Assembly (NCBI GenBank): GCA_017464565.1
Contig: JAFTZH010000029.1
Location: forward strand, 9,767-73,766
Source of the DNA: Clostridia bacterium
GTDB taxonomy: Bacteria; Bacillota; Clostridia; Oscillospirales; CAG-272
Direction: 5' to 3'
Length of the DNA: 64,000 nucleotides
Of this stretch, positions 20,358-29,230 are shown piece after piece. The notes under the pieces are model-generated. The model saw only the letters and a list, made by a program, of their open reading frames with translations. It was not told the origin of the DNA and ran no database searches. The translations under genes and the position numbers were made by a program. The first letter of the stretch is position 1. The number at the start of each line of letters is the position of its first letter.

Positions 20358-21503
20358 ATGAGATATACTACACCCGATACTTACACTAAGGACAGAAACT
20401 GTATTTACAAGCCTTCGGATATCTACGTCGGCAAGGACGCCGAAAGAGAGGAGTTCAGCCGCAAGACGCGGGGCTGGCAGGCTATACCCACTATCGAGAG
20501 GGTGCCGGGCGGAAGGCTTTTCTGCGCGTGCTATGCGGGAGGCTTTGACGAGGGACCGAACAATTATATTCCGATAGCGGTGAGCGACGACGGAGGTGAG
20601 AATTGGAGCAGGGACGTAGCGGTGATAGACCACCCCGATTCGGTAAGACTTCACGAGCCTGTCTTTTGGCTCTCTCCGCAGAACGAGCTTTGGCTGTTCT
20701 TCAATCAATCTTACGTGTGGCGGGATCCCGTGGGCGGAGTTTGGGCGACTAAGTGCGTGGATTACGGAGCGGAGATACCCAAGTGGAGCGAACCGAAGCG
20801 TATATGCGACGGAGTTATGACCTGTAAGCCGCTCACGACTACCGACGGAAAGGTGTTCCTTCCCGTGTCGCATTGGAAGGAATACGTACCGATAGATTAT
20901 TCAAACAGGCATCAGTTCAAAAATATGCCGACAGTCGAGACCTACCGCCTATATCTTATGGATAACGGCGGCTCGGTAACGAAATACGGCGCGGTCGATA
21001 TACCCGACGCGATATTCGACGAGAGTATGGCGGTGCAGACGAGCGATAATCCCGATGATATCAGTATACTCGCGAGAGTTACCACGGGCATCGTCAGATC
21101 CGATTCGCACGACGGGGGACGGAGCTTCGGAGAGGCTTACGGGTTTTCTCTCCCCAGCCCCTCGGCAAGATTTTTCGTAAAGCGTCTGCGTTCGGGAAGA
21201 TTACTTATGCTTACGCATTACGAGTTTACCGAGAGAAACAATATGACCGCTCTTTTGTCGGAGGATGGCGGGGTAAGCTGGCCGTATCACCTGCTTCTTG
21301 ACGAAAGAAAGAATATTTCCTATCCCGATGCCTGCGAGGACGAGGACGGAAGAATATTCGCCATATACGATTTCGAGCGGTATCGGGACAAGGAGCTGTA
21401 CGTTGCCTCCTTTACCGAAAGCGAGATAATGCGCGGAACGCTGCTCAGCGGAAAATCTTATTTGAAAAATATGGCTGTAAAAGCCTTTGGAAAAAAACAA
21501 TAA
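20358..21503 (+). CDS. Sialidase-fold (BNR/Asp-box) glycosidase, cytoplasmic
   Basis: Asp-boxes SDDGGENW, SHDGGRSF, SEDGGVSW; SYPD; QAIP motif; no signal peptide. Confidence 0.8.
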   Translation: MRYTTPDTYTKDRNCIYKPSDIYVGKDAEREEFSRKTRGWQAIPTIERVPGGRLFCACYAGGFDEGPNNYIPIAVSDDGGENWSRDVAVIDHPDSVRLHEPVFWLSPQNELWLFFNQSYVWRDPVGGVWATKCVDYGAEIPKWSEPKRICDGVMTCKPLTTTDGKVFLPVSHWKEYVPIDYSNRHQFKNMPTVETYRLYLMDNGGSVTKYGAVDIPDAIFDESMAVQTSDNPDDISILARVTTGIVRSDSHDGGRSFGEAYGFSLPSPSARFFVKRLRSGRLLMLTHYEFTERNNMTALLSEDGGVSWPYHLLLDERKNISYPDACEDEDGRIFAIYDFERYRDKELYVASFTESEIMRGTLLSGKSYLKNMAVKAFGKKQ

Positions 21504-21526
21504 ATATTTAAACGGAGGAAAAGCAA

Positions 21527-22834
21527 ATGAAAAAATTTTTATCTGTTATTTTGGTTGCGGTACTCGCGTTCAGCGCGGTATTCGCGATCACAGCGGCAAA
21601 CGAGACCAAGTTTGAGACCTACGAGTTCGGAACAGAAAAACCCGCTCTTTCGGGAACGGTTATAAGTCTTGAGGCAGAGACCGCAACCTCTTTTGACGAC
21701 GCGGGCGGAACCAAGACCATCGAGACCAACGAGGTCTCTACCTTTTCGGGAGGAAAGGCTATCACGCTTCAGGTAGGAACAAGCGCTTCCTACAATTTCA
21801 CCGTAGCCGCTGAGGGAACCTATTCGTTCGTAGTTACCTACAACGCGAAGAACAACAGCACCAACAGACAGGCGGGATATAAGATAGACAACAGTGAGAT
21901 TCTGTATATCAAGCACGATCCTACCGCTTCCGACTTTTCGGGCGTCGGATATCTGATACTTAAGGACGTATATCTGAGTGCGGGAGAGCATACCCTCACG
22001 GCTTACTCCTGCGATGGAGTGACTTCCACTATGTCCCTGCGTCTCGACTGCTTCGACATAGCTCTTCAGAACGAGATGAGCGTGGCAACCACGACGACAC
22101 CCGCGACCACCGCGGATATCAACGCGGACTTCCCCTATACCATCGAATTTCCCGCGACCGACATTACCATCCCCGAGCACGCGACTCTTTTTGAGGCGGA
22201 ATTCGGAGATATGTATAAGGATAACGAGACCCTTACCATAGAGAACAACGCCGAGGCCTGCTATTCGGGACTTATGGCTGTGACCTTCCAGAAGGGAACG
22301 GGGGCTACTTACGAATTTGAGATAGAGACCGCGGGCAAATATAATCTTGTGCTTCTCTATAACGCGAAGGACAACAATAACAATCGTCAGCAGGGCTTTG
22401 CTATCGACGGCGCGGAGCCTTCCTATGTAAGACTTGAGCATACGGGAAGCGACTTCCTTGCTCTCGGTCAGCTTATAATCAAGGATATCGAGCTTTCGGC
22501 CGGAGAGCATACTCTCAAAATATGCGCTCCCGGACTTGACGTGTCTAACGTTGCGTCGATAAGAGTAGACTGCTTCTATATCTATAACGACACGGCTTCG
22601 GCAAAAGAGGTTGAGGATGATACCTTCGTAACCACTGCCGCTACCACTACCGCCTCTGCTACGACGGCGGCAAGTACGACTACTGCCGGAACAATGGCGG
22701 CTGCAACGACTACCGAGGCTTCCGCACAGGAAGAGGGCGGATGCGGCTCGTCGATAGGCTTTGCCTCGGCAGCGGCGTGCTCGGCAGTACTCGGAGCGTC
22801 GGTTATAGTTTGCCGTAAAAAAAGAAAATATTGA
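21527..22834 (+). CDS. Secreted protein with two CBM6/CBM35-like domains, Thr/Ala linker and C-terminal membrane anchor
   Basis: Signal peptide; duplicated LEAE/FEAE...LSAGEHTL...RLDCF/RVDCF domain; GGCGSS-TM-RKKRKY tail. Confidence 0.75.
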   Translation: MKKFLSVILVAVLAFSAVFAITAANETKFETYEFGTEKPALSGTVISLEAETATSFDDAGGTKTIETNEVSTFSGGKAITLQVGTSASYNFTVAAEGTYSFVVTYNAKNNSTNRQAGYKIDNSEILYIKHDPTASDFSGVGYLILKDVYLSAGEHTLTAYSCDGVTSTMSLRLDCFDIALQNEMSVATTTTPATTADINADFPYTIEFPATDITIPEHATLFEAEFGDMYKDNETLTIENNAEACYSGLMAVTFQKGTGATYEFEIETAGKYNLVLLYNAKDNNNNRQQGFAIDGAEPSYVRLEHTGSDFLALGQLIIKDIELSAGEHTLKICAPGLDVSNVASIRVDCFYIYNDTASAKEVEDDTFVTTAATTTASATTAASTTTAGTMAAATTTEASAQEEGGCGSSIGFASAAACSAVLGASVIVCRKKRKY

Positions 22835-22870
22835 TAAAACGGCGCGAAGAATAGTTTGATAAAGATAAAA

Positions 22871-24436
22871 ATGAAGAAAAAATTTTTGGTCTGTATATTA
22901 TTGTCGGCGTTGCTTTTCGTCGGCTGTAATCGGAACGAAGCTGAGGGAGCGCCTTCGGGCACTCCCATAGCTTCTTCGTGGACTTCTTCGGCTGAACCCG
23001 AAACCGAGGCGTTTAATCTGACCGATTATGCGGAATACGTGGGCGAGGATAACGACTGGACGTACGCCTTGCAAAAAGCGGTAACGAATTACGACGTTAT
23101 ATATATCCCCGCGGGAACCTATAAGCTTTCTTCGGTTGAAATCGGCGCGTCGGGCAAAACGATTTACGGCGACGGAGATAACACCGTGCTGATACCTAAC
23201 GGAAAAAATCTGTTTAACGTCAGCGGCGGACTTGGCAGGGAGATAAAAATATCCGAGCCGATAGAGGATTTTTCAAATCAGATAAAGGTAACCAACGGGA
23301 AATATTTTGCGGAGGGAGATCTCGTATTTCTCTACGGGCAGAGAAATTGTCAGATAATTGAGGACTGCGGCGAGGAATGGATACTCGGTCAGTCCCTGGC
23401 GGAGGGATATACGATATATTTCGGGGAATATCTCCGCGTCGAGAGCGTTGAAGGAAATACGCTTACGACAGAGACCGATACCATATTCCCGTCATATCTT
23501 GACAACAACGCGTCTGAGAGCTTTCAGAAGCTTACCGCAAGCAATCCGAAATACGACGATTATCTGACGAAACGGGAATCCACCACCGTTCAGAAGGTGA
23601 ACGCTGTCGAGAACGTGGTATTACGGGATTTCAAGGTTAAGGGTAACGCGGAGAACTGTATTCTCTTTGCGTACGCCGATAATTGCCGCGTGGAAAACGT
23701 ATCTATGGAGGTTCCCGAGGACGCCGATTGGGCACTCGGAAACGACAGATTTTTCTTTATAAAATTCAGATACAGCGTAGACTGCGTAATCGAGGGCTGT
23801 TCCTTCAACGCCCTGTGCGAGCTTCCCGAGGATACGCTTAAGATGCAGAGCGGGGAGTATCTCGGAAATTACAATATCTTTATGCTTGACAACTGCCAGA
23901 GGTGCGGATTTAAGAGCTGTAAGGGAAACCTCGGAACGCAGATATTCGCGGTGGGAAGAACCATAACCCCGTCGATAGACTGCTACGTTGAGGGGTGTGA
24001 AGCGTCGGGCGCGATATGGGCGGGAATAAATCTCGCCAATACGAATTACCGCTGTTCTGCCACAGGCAACAGAGTTTCGCTCAGCGGACACGGCATAAAG
24101 GTCGGGTGCAGAGAGTCCACGGTCAAGGGAAATACGATAGACCTCAGCCTCCCCCTTACGAGCAATTATATCTTCGTGCGTCCCGCCGAGGGCGGCAGAG
24201 GAGGTATAGTTATCAACGAGGGATGCAGCGTTGACAGCGTTATCGAGGATAATACCGTTTTCAACTGTTATACGGGAATACTCGTTACCGACGGTTACGA
24301 GTCAACGAATATCTTTTATTTCGGAAGCGTAACCGTAAAGAACAATACGATTATGGGCTGTAAGCAGGATACGTTCCTTTGGAAAAACACGTATAATACC
24401 GCCGTCAGCCGTTTTTCCGTAGACGGAGATTTTTAG
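22871..24436 (+). CDS. Lipoprotein with right-handed parallel beta-helix (pectate lyase-like/tailspike-like)
   Basis: Lipobox FVGC; DWTYALQKA..IYIPAGTY N-terminal motif; Asn/Cys ladder repeats. Confidence 0.7.
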   Translation: MKKKFLVCILLSALLFVGCNRNEAEGAPSGTPIASSWTSSAEPETEAFNLTDYAEYVGEDNDWTYALQKAVTNYDVIYIPAGTYKLSSVEIGASGKTIYGDGDNTVLIPNGKNLFNVSGGLGREIKISEPIEDFSNQIKVTNGKYFAEGDLVFLYGQRNCQIIEDCGEEWILGQSLAEGYTIYFGEYLRVESVEGNTLTTETDTIFPSYLDNNASESFQKLTASNPKYDDYLTKRESTTVQKVNAVENVVLRDFKVKGNAENCILFAYADNCRVENVSMEVPEDADWALGNDRFFFIKFRYSVDCVIEGCSFNALCELPEDTLKMQSGEYLGNYNIFMLDNCQRCGFKSCKGNLGTQIFAVGRTITPSIDCYVEGCEASGAIWAGINLANTNYRCSATGNRVSLSGHGIKVGCRESTVKGNTIDLSLPLTSNYIFVRPAEGGRGGIVINEGCSVDSVIEDNTVFNCYTGILVTDGYESTNIFYFGSVTVKNNTIMGCKQDTFLWKNTYNTAVSRFSVDGDF

Positions 24437-24514
24437 CATATATCGAATCGTCTGTACTTTGAGACTGATTTGAGATATAATATCCATATATGAGTTTTTT
24501 ATATGGAGGTAAAA

Positions 24515-25369
24515 ATGATAAAGGTTTCTTACGTGGAGGAAATTGACAGGTCCTGGCAGGTGTCCCTGCATCATTCGCACATTTACGACGAGATAAATTT
24601 TATCGTGTCGGGACGCGGAAAATATATCGTTAAGGACAAGGAATACGAGGTAAACGCGGGAGACGTCTTTCTGTTTTTACAGAACACGGTACACCGTCTC
24701 GTGTGGGTAGACAGCGCGGAGAAGATGAAAATAATAAAGGTTCACTTCGTTTCGAGCGACCTTATAAATTCAAGGGATATGGACTTGTATCTGCTGCTTG
24801 TGGAGCCGTTTTACCAAAGCGGCGCCGACGTAAAAATACCCGCGCATACCCCAGAGGCAGACGTGCTGCTTGATCTTGCCAAAAGTATGCTTCGCATAAA
24901 GGCGCAGTACGGGAACGACAATACGGCGGTCGCGTATTTGCTTTCCTCCTGCTTGGCGGAGCTTCGGAATTTTTACGACGTAAAAAGAAACTGCGGTCTT
25001 AATTTGATAGACCTGAAAAATTACGACTCTATTTTTTCGGCGGTTTGTTATATAAACGAGCATTATCTTGAGGATATAAGCCTTGATTTGCTTGCCGATA
25101 TAGCGAATATGTCGAAGAACAGCTTTATATATCATTTTAAGCAGTATTTCGGAGTTACGCCGTATAATTACGTTTTGGTCAAGCGTATAGGCAAGGCGGT
25201 AAGCCTTCTCAGAGAGAGCAAGGATTCGATAACGAAAATAGCCTTCAGCTGCGGTTTTAATTCTACGGCGGCGTTCAACAGGCAGTTTTTGAAGATTACA
25301 GGCTTTTCTCCCTCGCAAATGATAAAAAATTACAGAGTTATAAATACCGCGGAGGACGTAACGACTTAA
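24515..25369 (+). CDS. AraC family transcriptional regulator
   Basis: Cupin N-terminus (HSHIYDEI), C-terminal IAFSCGFNSTAAFNRQF; RBS GGAGG. Confidence 0.92.
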   Translation: MIKVSYVEEIDRSWQVSLHHSHIYDEINFIVSGRGKYIVKDKEYEVNAGDVFLFLQNTVHRLVWVDSAEKMKIIKVHFVSSDLINSRDMDLYLLLVEPFYQSGADVKIPAHTPEADVLLDLAKSMLRIKAQYGNDNTAVAYLLSSCLAELRNFYDVKRNCGLNLIDLKNYDSIFSAVCYINEHYLEDISLDLLADIANMSKNSFIYHFKQYFGVTPYNYVLVKRIGKAVSLLRESKDSITKIAFSCGFNSTAAFNRQFLKITGFSPSQMIKNYRVINTAEDVTT

Positions 25370-25409
25370 AAATTACGTTCGGTTATCGCACACAATCGAG
25401 GTTGATTAT

Positions 25410-26186
25410 ATGTTGGAGCTTGGAAAATTATTAAAAGGAAAATTACACGAAAATTTGGTTGGCACGCATATCTCTATGACTGATTCCATATCGTCCGAGA
25501 TACTGGGTCAGCTTGGGTACGATTTTATATGGATAGACAGCGAACATTCCGAAAACGGATATACCTCTATCCGCAATCATCTTACGGCGGTGAACGCGGG
25601 AGGGACGCCCGCCGTCGTCAGAATATCGAGAAACGATTACAATCACGTAAAGCGTATTCTGGAGATGGGACCGCAGGGCGTTGTGTTCCCTATGGTCAAT
25701 ACCGCGGAGGAAGCGGAGGCTGTGGTAAGGTACGTGTCATATCCGCCGCGAGGCATAAGGGGCTTTGGACCCTTGCGCGCGGTGAGATACGGGCTTGACG
25801 ACCTTGGCGACTATATAGCCGAGATTGACGGAGCGCTTTCCTGTTTTATTCAGATAGAAAGCCTTGAGGCTGTGGAAAATCTTGAGGAGATAGTGAAAAT
25901 AGACCGCATCGACGGATATATTTTCGGTCCCTGCGACCTGTCGGGAACGGTCGGGGAGCTGAATATGGTGTTCAATGAAACGACGCAGTCACATATAAGG
26001 CGTGCGATAGATATTTTGAAGAGGAATAACAAGCCTATCGGAATATCCCTCGGAACCACCGATATAAAAATACAGCGCTTTTGGCACGACCTCGGAATAA
26101 ACATACTGTCGGTCGGAACCGACTACGATTATATTCTTCGGGGAGCAAAGAAAAATCTCGAACAGGTCAGAAGCTTTATGAGGTAA
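25410..26186 (+). CDS. HpcH/HpaI family 2-keto-3-deoxy sugar-acid aldolase
   Basis: WIDSEHS, YPPRGIRGFG, QIES, FGPCDLS motifs. Confidence 0.88.
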   Translation: MLELGKLLKGKLHENLVGTHISMTDSISSEILGQLGYDFIWIDSEHSENGYTSIRNHLTAVNAGGTPAVVRISRNDYNHVKRILEMGPQGVVFPMVNTAEEAEAVVRYVSYPPRGIRGFGPLRAVRYGLDDLGDYIAEIDGALSCFIQIESLEAVENLEEIVKIDRIDGYIFGPCDLSGTVGELNMVFNETTQSHIRRAIDILKRNNKPIGISLGTTDIKIQRFWHDLGINILSVGTDYDYILRGAKKNLEQVRSFMR

Positions 26187-26189
26187 GAT

Positions 26190-26882
26190 ATGTTGGAGGA
26201 GCTTAAAGAGAGAGTCTTTTTGGAAAATCTCAAGCTTGTGAAAAACGGGCTCGTCGTGCTGACGTGGGGGAACGTCTCCGCAATTGACAGGGCACGCGGT
26301 CTTGTCGTAATCAAGCCGAGCGGAGTGGATTATTCGGTTATGAAGGCAGAGGATATGGTGGTCGTCGATATGAACGGCAATACGGTTGAGGGAGATCTCA
26401 GACCGTCTACCGACCTTCCGACTCATCTGTATCTTTATCGGGCGTTTCCCGAAATAGGAGGCGTGGTACATACTCATTCGGTGAACGCGTCGGTTTGGGC
26501 GCAGGCGGGGCGTGATATTCCCGCTTACGGAACTACGCACGCAGACGTCTTTTACGGAACTATACCTTGTACGAGACCGCTTACCGAGGAAGAAGTTGAG
26601 AATGCCTACGAGTATAATACGGGCAAGGTTATAGCGGGGTGCTTTTCGGAGAGGGATTATCTTGCAACGCCTGCGGCGATAGTGAAAAACCACGGTCCGT
26701 TTGTATGGGGAGTTACTCCCGAGAAGGCGGTGGAGAACGCGGTTACGCTCGAGAGCGTTGCCGAAATGGCTCTCAAAACCGAATTTATCGGCGGAGCAGA
26801 AAATGTTGTACCGCAATATTTGCTTGACAAGCATTATTTCAGAAAGCACGGAAAACACGCATATTACGGGCAGGAAAAATGA
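26190..26882 (+). CDS. araD: L-ribulose-5-phosphate 4-epimerase (class II aldolase family)
   Basis: TWGNVS, IKPSGV, HTHS, GTTHAD, KHGKHAYYGQ. Confidence 0.92.
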   Translation: MLEELKERVFLENLKLVKNGLVVLTWGNVSAIDRARGLVVIKPSGVDYSVMKAEDMVVVDMNGNTVEGDLRPSTDLPTHLYLYRAFPEIGGVVHTHSVNASVWAQAGRDIPAYGTTHADVFYGTIPCTRPLTEEEVENAYEYNTGKVIAGCFSERDYLATPAAIVKNHGPFVWGVTPEKAVENAVTLESVAEMALKTEFIGGAENVVPQYLLDKHYFRKHGKHAYYGQEK

Positions 26883-26910
26883 AGACCATTCGTGTTCTTC
26901 ACTCCGTAGA

Positions 26911-27090
26911 AGTTAGTTTGTTTTTTATGTTTTTATGTTCATTTTTTGCTGCACGGCAAAAAACGAACCAAAAAAGCGTGCCAAGGGCACTCCCTTGACA
27001 CGCTTCTTCGCATTTAGGTCGCAGACCTAAATAGCACTTCATTGTTGTGTAACAAGAAGTGAACATAAAAACATAAAAAACAAACTAACT
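26911..27090. mobile_element. 180-bp MITE-like element with perfect 31-bp terminal inverted repeats
   Basis: AGTTAGTTTGTTTTTTATGTTTTTATGTTCA (26911-26941) is the exact reverse complement of 27060-27090; four internal hairpins. Confidence 0.6.
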
Positions 27091-27093
27091 AAT

Positions 27094-27265
27094 CTTTTTG
27101 TAGGAAGTAAAACGAACACTTAATGCAAAACCCAAGCTTTAAAGTTTTTGAAGAGGGGTTAGGGGAGAAACTTTTGCAAAAGTTTCTCCCCTGAAAATCC
27201 ATACATAAACTAACTTTACTGTGGGGGTTAGTGGGAGGGACTTTTTGAAAAAAGTCCCTCCCACA
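27094..27265. repeat. Palindromic repeat family, one arm plus an extra hairpin (copy 4)
   Basis: AAGTTTTTGAAGAGGGGTTAGGGGAGAAACTTTTGCAAAAGTTTCTCCCCT and GTGGGAGGGACTTTTT/AAAAAGTCCCTCCCAC. Confidence 0.8.
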
Positions 27266-27285
27266 TAAAACAAATACAAAAATAA

Positions 27286-29208
27286 CTAACTTTGAAAATA
27301 TCCTTTGTCAGACAAATAATCAAGATAATAGACCAAAGCCCAATCCTGATCGTTTGCCCACGGGTCTCGGTAAGAGGCGGGATTTCCATTGACCTTAAGA
27401 GGGAACAACGTGGCGCAGGTCGCTCTTCCGTCGGGCGTGAACTGACAGAGCTGACCGCGCAGAGCATCCTCCGCCATATCAAAATACTCACCTTTACCCG
27501 ACGCTTTGGCGTAATCGTAAAAGGCGTTTGCGCTGAGTACACTCCAATAGTGAGGGAAGGTGTCGCCGTAAAGTCGGCGCTTTCCGAACCAAAAGCCGTC
27601 CCAGTGCCTTATAGCGCACATATACAGATGGTAATTCGGCTGTATACCGCTGAAAAGAGACGCGGTGGCAAGCTGTTTTTCGGCTTCCGCAAGATACCGT
27701 TCCTCTTTCGTCAGAAAATACATCTGCAAAAGGAACTCGGCGGCGGGAGCGACGATGCTCTGCTCGTAGCTTACCTCGTGCGCGGGGTAGTCGGAGGCGT
27801 TAGCGATAATTATTTCGGCGTGCTCTCTGAAATACGATATCATCTCTTGCTTTCGGTCCTCATATCCCGCCTTGCCGAGCAGAGATATCATTTTAACTAT
27901 CGGTATCGTAAACGCGTAGAAATTTTTGCCGCCGAGACGGTAATATTCTCTCAATATATTGTAAGCGTCAAAGAGATATTTTTTATCTCCCTCAAGCTCG
28001 TAAAGCTCAAGGAAAAATCTCGTGGGCCACGGATAATTGTAAAGGCGGACCTTCGAGTTTTCATAGCCGACGTCGTTACTTACCGTGCCCGTGCTCTCGT
28101 CGTATATCTCTCGCTTGAAAAAGGTTACGAACTTCATCAGCTTCTCGTGAAGATAACCGTATTTTTCTTTTGACAGCTTTTTGCCGTAATGCTTTAGATA
28201 AAGCAGAATCAGCAGAGGCATAGCTATTCTTTCGCGTGAGGAATTTATATCGCGTCTGCGGAAGTCGTAAACGGGCGTGTTTTCCTCGTTGTCATACGAA
28301 AGAAAGGCTCCGTCGAGCGAGCTGCCCTCGCAGTTGAACTGCTGACGCTCCGCCAAAAAAACGCATCTTGCCCGAACTATCTCGTCAAAGCCCTCGGATA
28401 CGTAATATACGCAGGACGCCGTTTTTCCGTTTGCCTTGAAAATCAAGTTATGCTCTCCGAGCACGTCCGAACGGGGATTTACCGTGATGACGCTTCCGTT
28501 TTGCTCAAACGGAACAGATATGCCGTCAAGTATTGCCGAGACCGAATACAGCTCGCTTGCGGCGACCGAGGCGCTGACGCGTATATCTTCTCCCTTGAAA
28601 TAGGTAAAGTGCGAAGAGGTAACGGTTATAAAATTCTTTTCTTTCGCAATTATACCGAGGAAATCTTCCTTGCCCTCGTGCCAGAAAAATTTCATTCTTA
28701 CGGTATAGCTTTGCTTTGGCATAAGGTGAACGAAGGGCGGGTGAAGAATAAAATCTCCGCGGTCGTTGCTCTTGTTCTCGCGCTCTATGCTGTACGCCGC
28801 AAGCTCTCCCTCACAAAGAAGCATTCCGAGATGAGGGGCGTCTCCCCCCATACGAAGTCCCATAATATACGACGAGCTTCCGCACGTGTTCAGATGTGCG
28901 TGGCAGCGCTGCGTCATACATATCGACGCCTTGCCATAGCTGTCGTTAAAGGGAACGTATATTCCAAGAGCGCCTTTTTGGAGCAGAAGATCGTAATCGT
29001 TTTCGTTTGAAAAAGTAACGCAAAGCTCAAGATATTCGTTGCCGAGAGTTACCGAGCGGCGTATCTTTACGTCTCCGGGGGCTATCGTGTCTCCGAGCTT
29101 GTGCGTACTTTCTATCCAATTCATTCCGTGCTTATCGTCGGGATGAACGATACTGCTCAGCTTATTTTCTCTTTCTTCGAGCAGAAAGGATTTTGATTGC
29201 ATAGTCAT
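27286..29208 (-). CDS. Putative six-hairpin glycosidase-like protein, cytoplasmic
   Basis: 640-aa ORF with RLYNYPW, HEVSYEQ, RHWDGFWFGK, ANDQDW motifs; downstream of an SBP; family inferred. Confidence 0.6.
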   Translation of the reverse strand: MTMQSKSFLLEERENKLSSIVHPDDKHGMNWIESTHKLGDTIAPGDVKIRRSVTLGNEYLELCVTFSNENDYDLLLQKGALGIYVPFNDSYGKASICMTQRCHAHLNTCGSSSYIMGLRMGGDAPHLGMLLCEGELAAYSIERENKSNDRGDFILHPPFVHLMPKQSYTVRMKFFWHEGKEDFLGIIAKEKNFITVTSSHFTYFKGEDIRVSASVAASELYSVSAILDGISVPFEQNGSVITVNPRSDVLGEHNLIFKANGKTASCVYYVSEGFDEIVRARCVFLAERQQFNCEGSSLDGAFLSYDNEENTPVYDFRRRDINSSRERIAMPLLILLYLKHYGKKLSKEKYGYLHEKLMKFVTFFKREIYDESTGTVSNDVGYENSKVRLYNYPWPTRFFLELYELEGDKKYLFDAYNILREYYRLGGKNFYAFTIPIVKMISLLGKAGYEDRKQEMISYFREHAEIIIANASDYPAHEVSYEQSIVAPAAEFLLQMYFLTKEERYLAEAEKQLATASLFSGIQPNYHLYMCAIRHWDGFWFGKRRLYGDTFPHYWSVLSANAFYDYAKASGKGEYFDMAEDALRGQLCQFTPDGRATCATLFPLKVNGNPASYRDPWANDQDWALVYYLDYLSDKGYFQS

Positions 29209-29230
29209 TTTTGTTTCCTCGTAAAACGGT

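Noticed and set aside
22620-22720. ACT/ACC/GCC low-complexity repeats (also 36715-36830)
   Set aside because: They simply encode Thr/Ala linkers; not independent DNA repeats.
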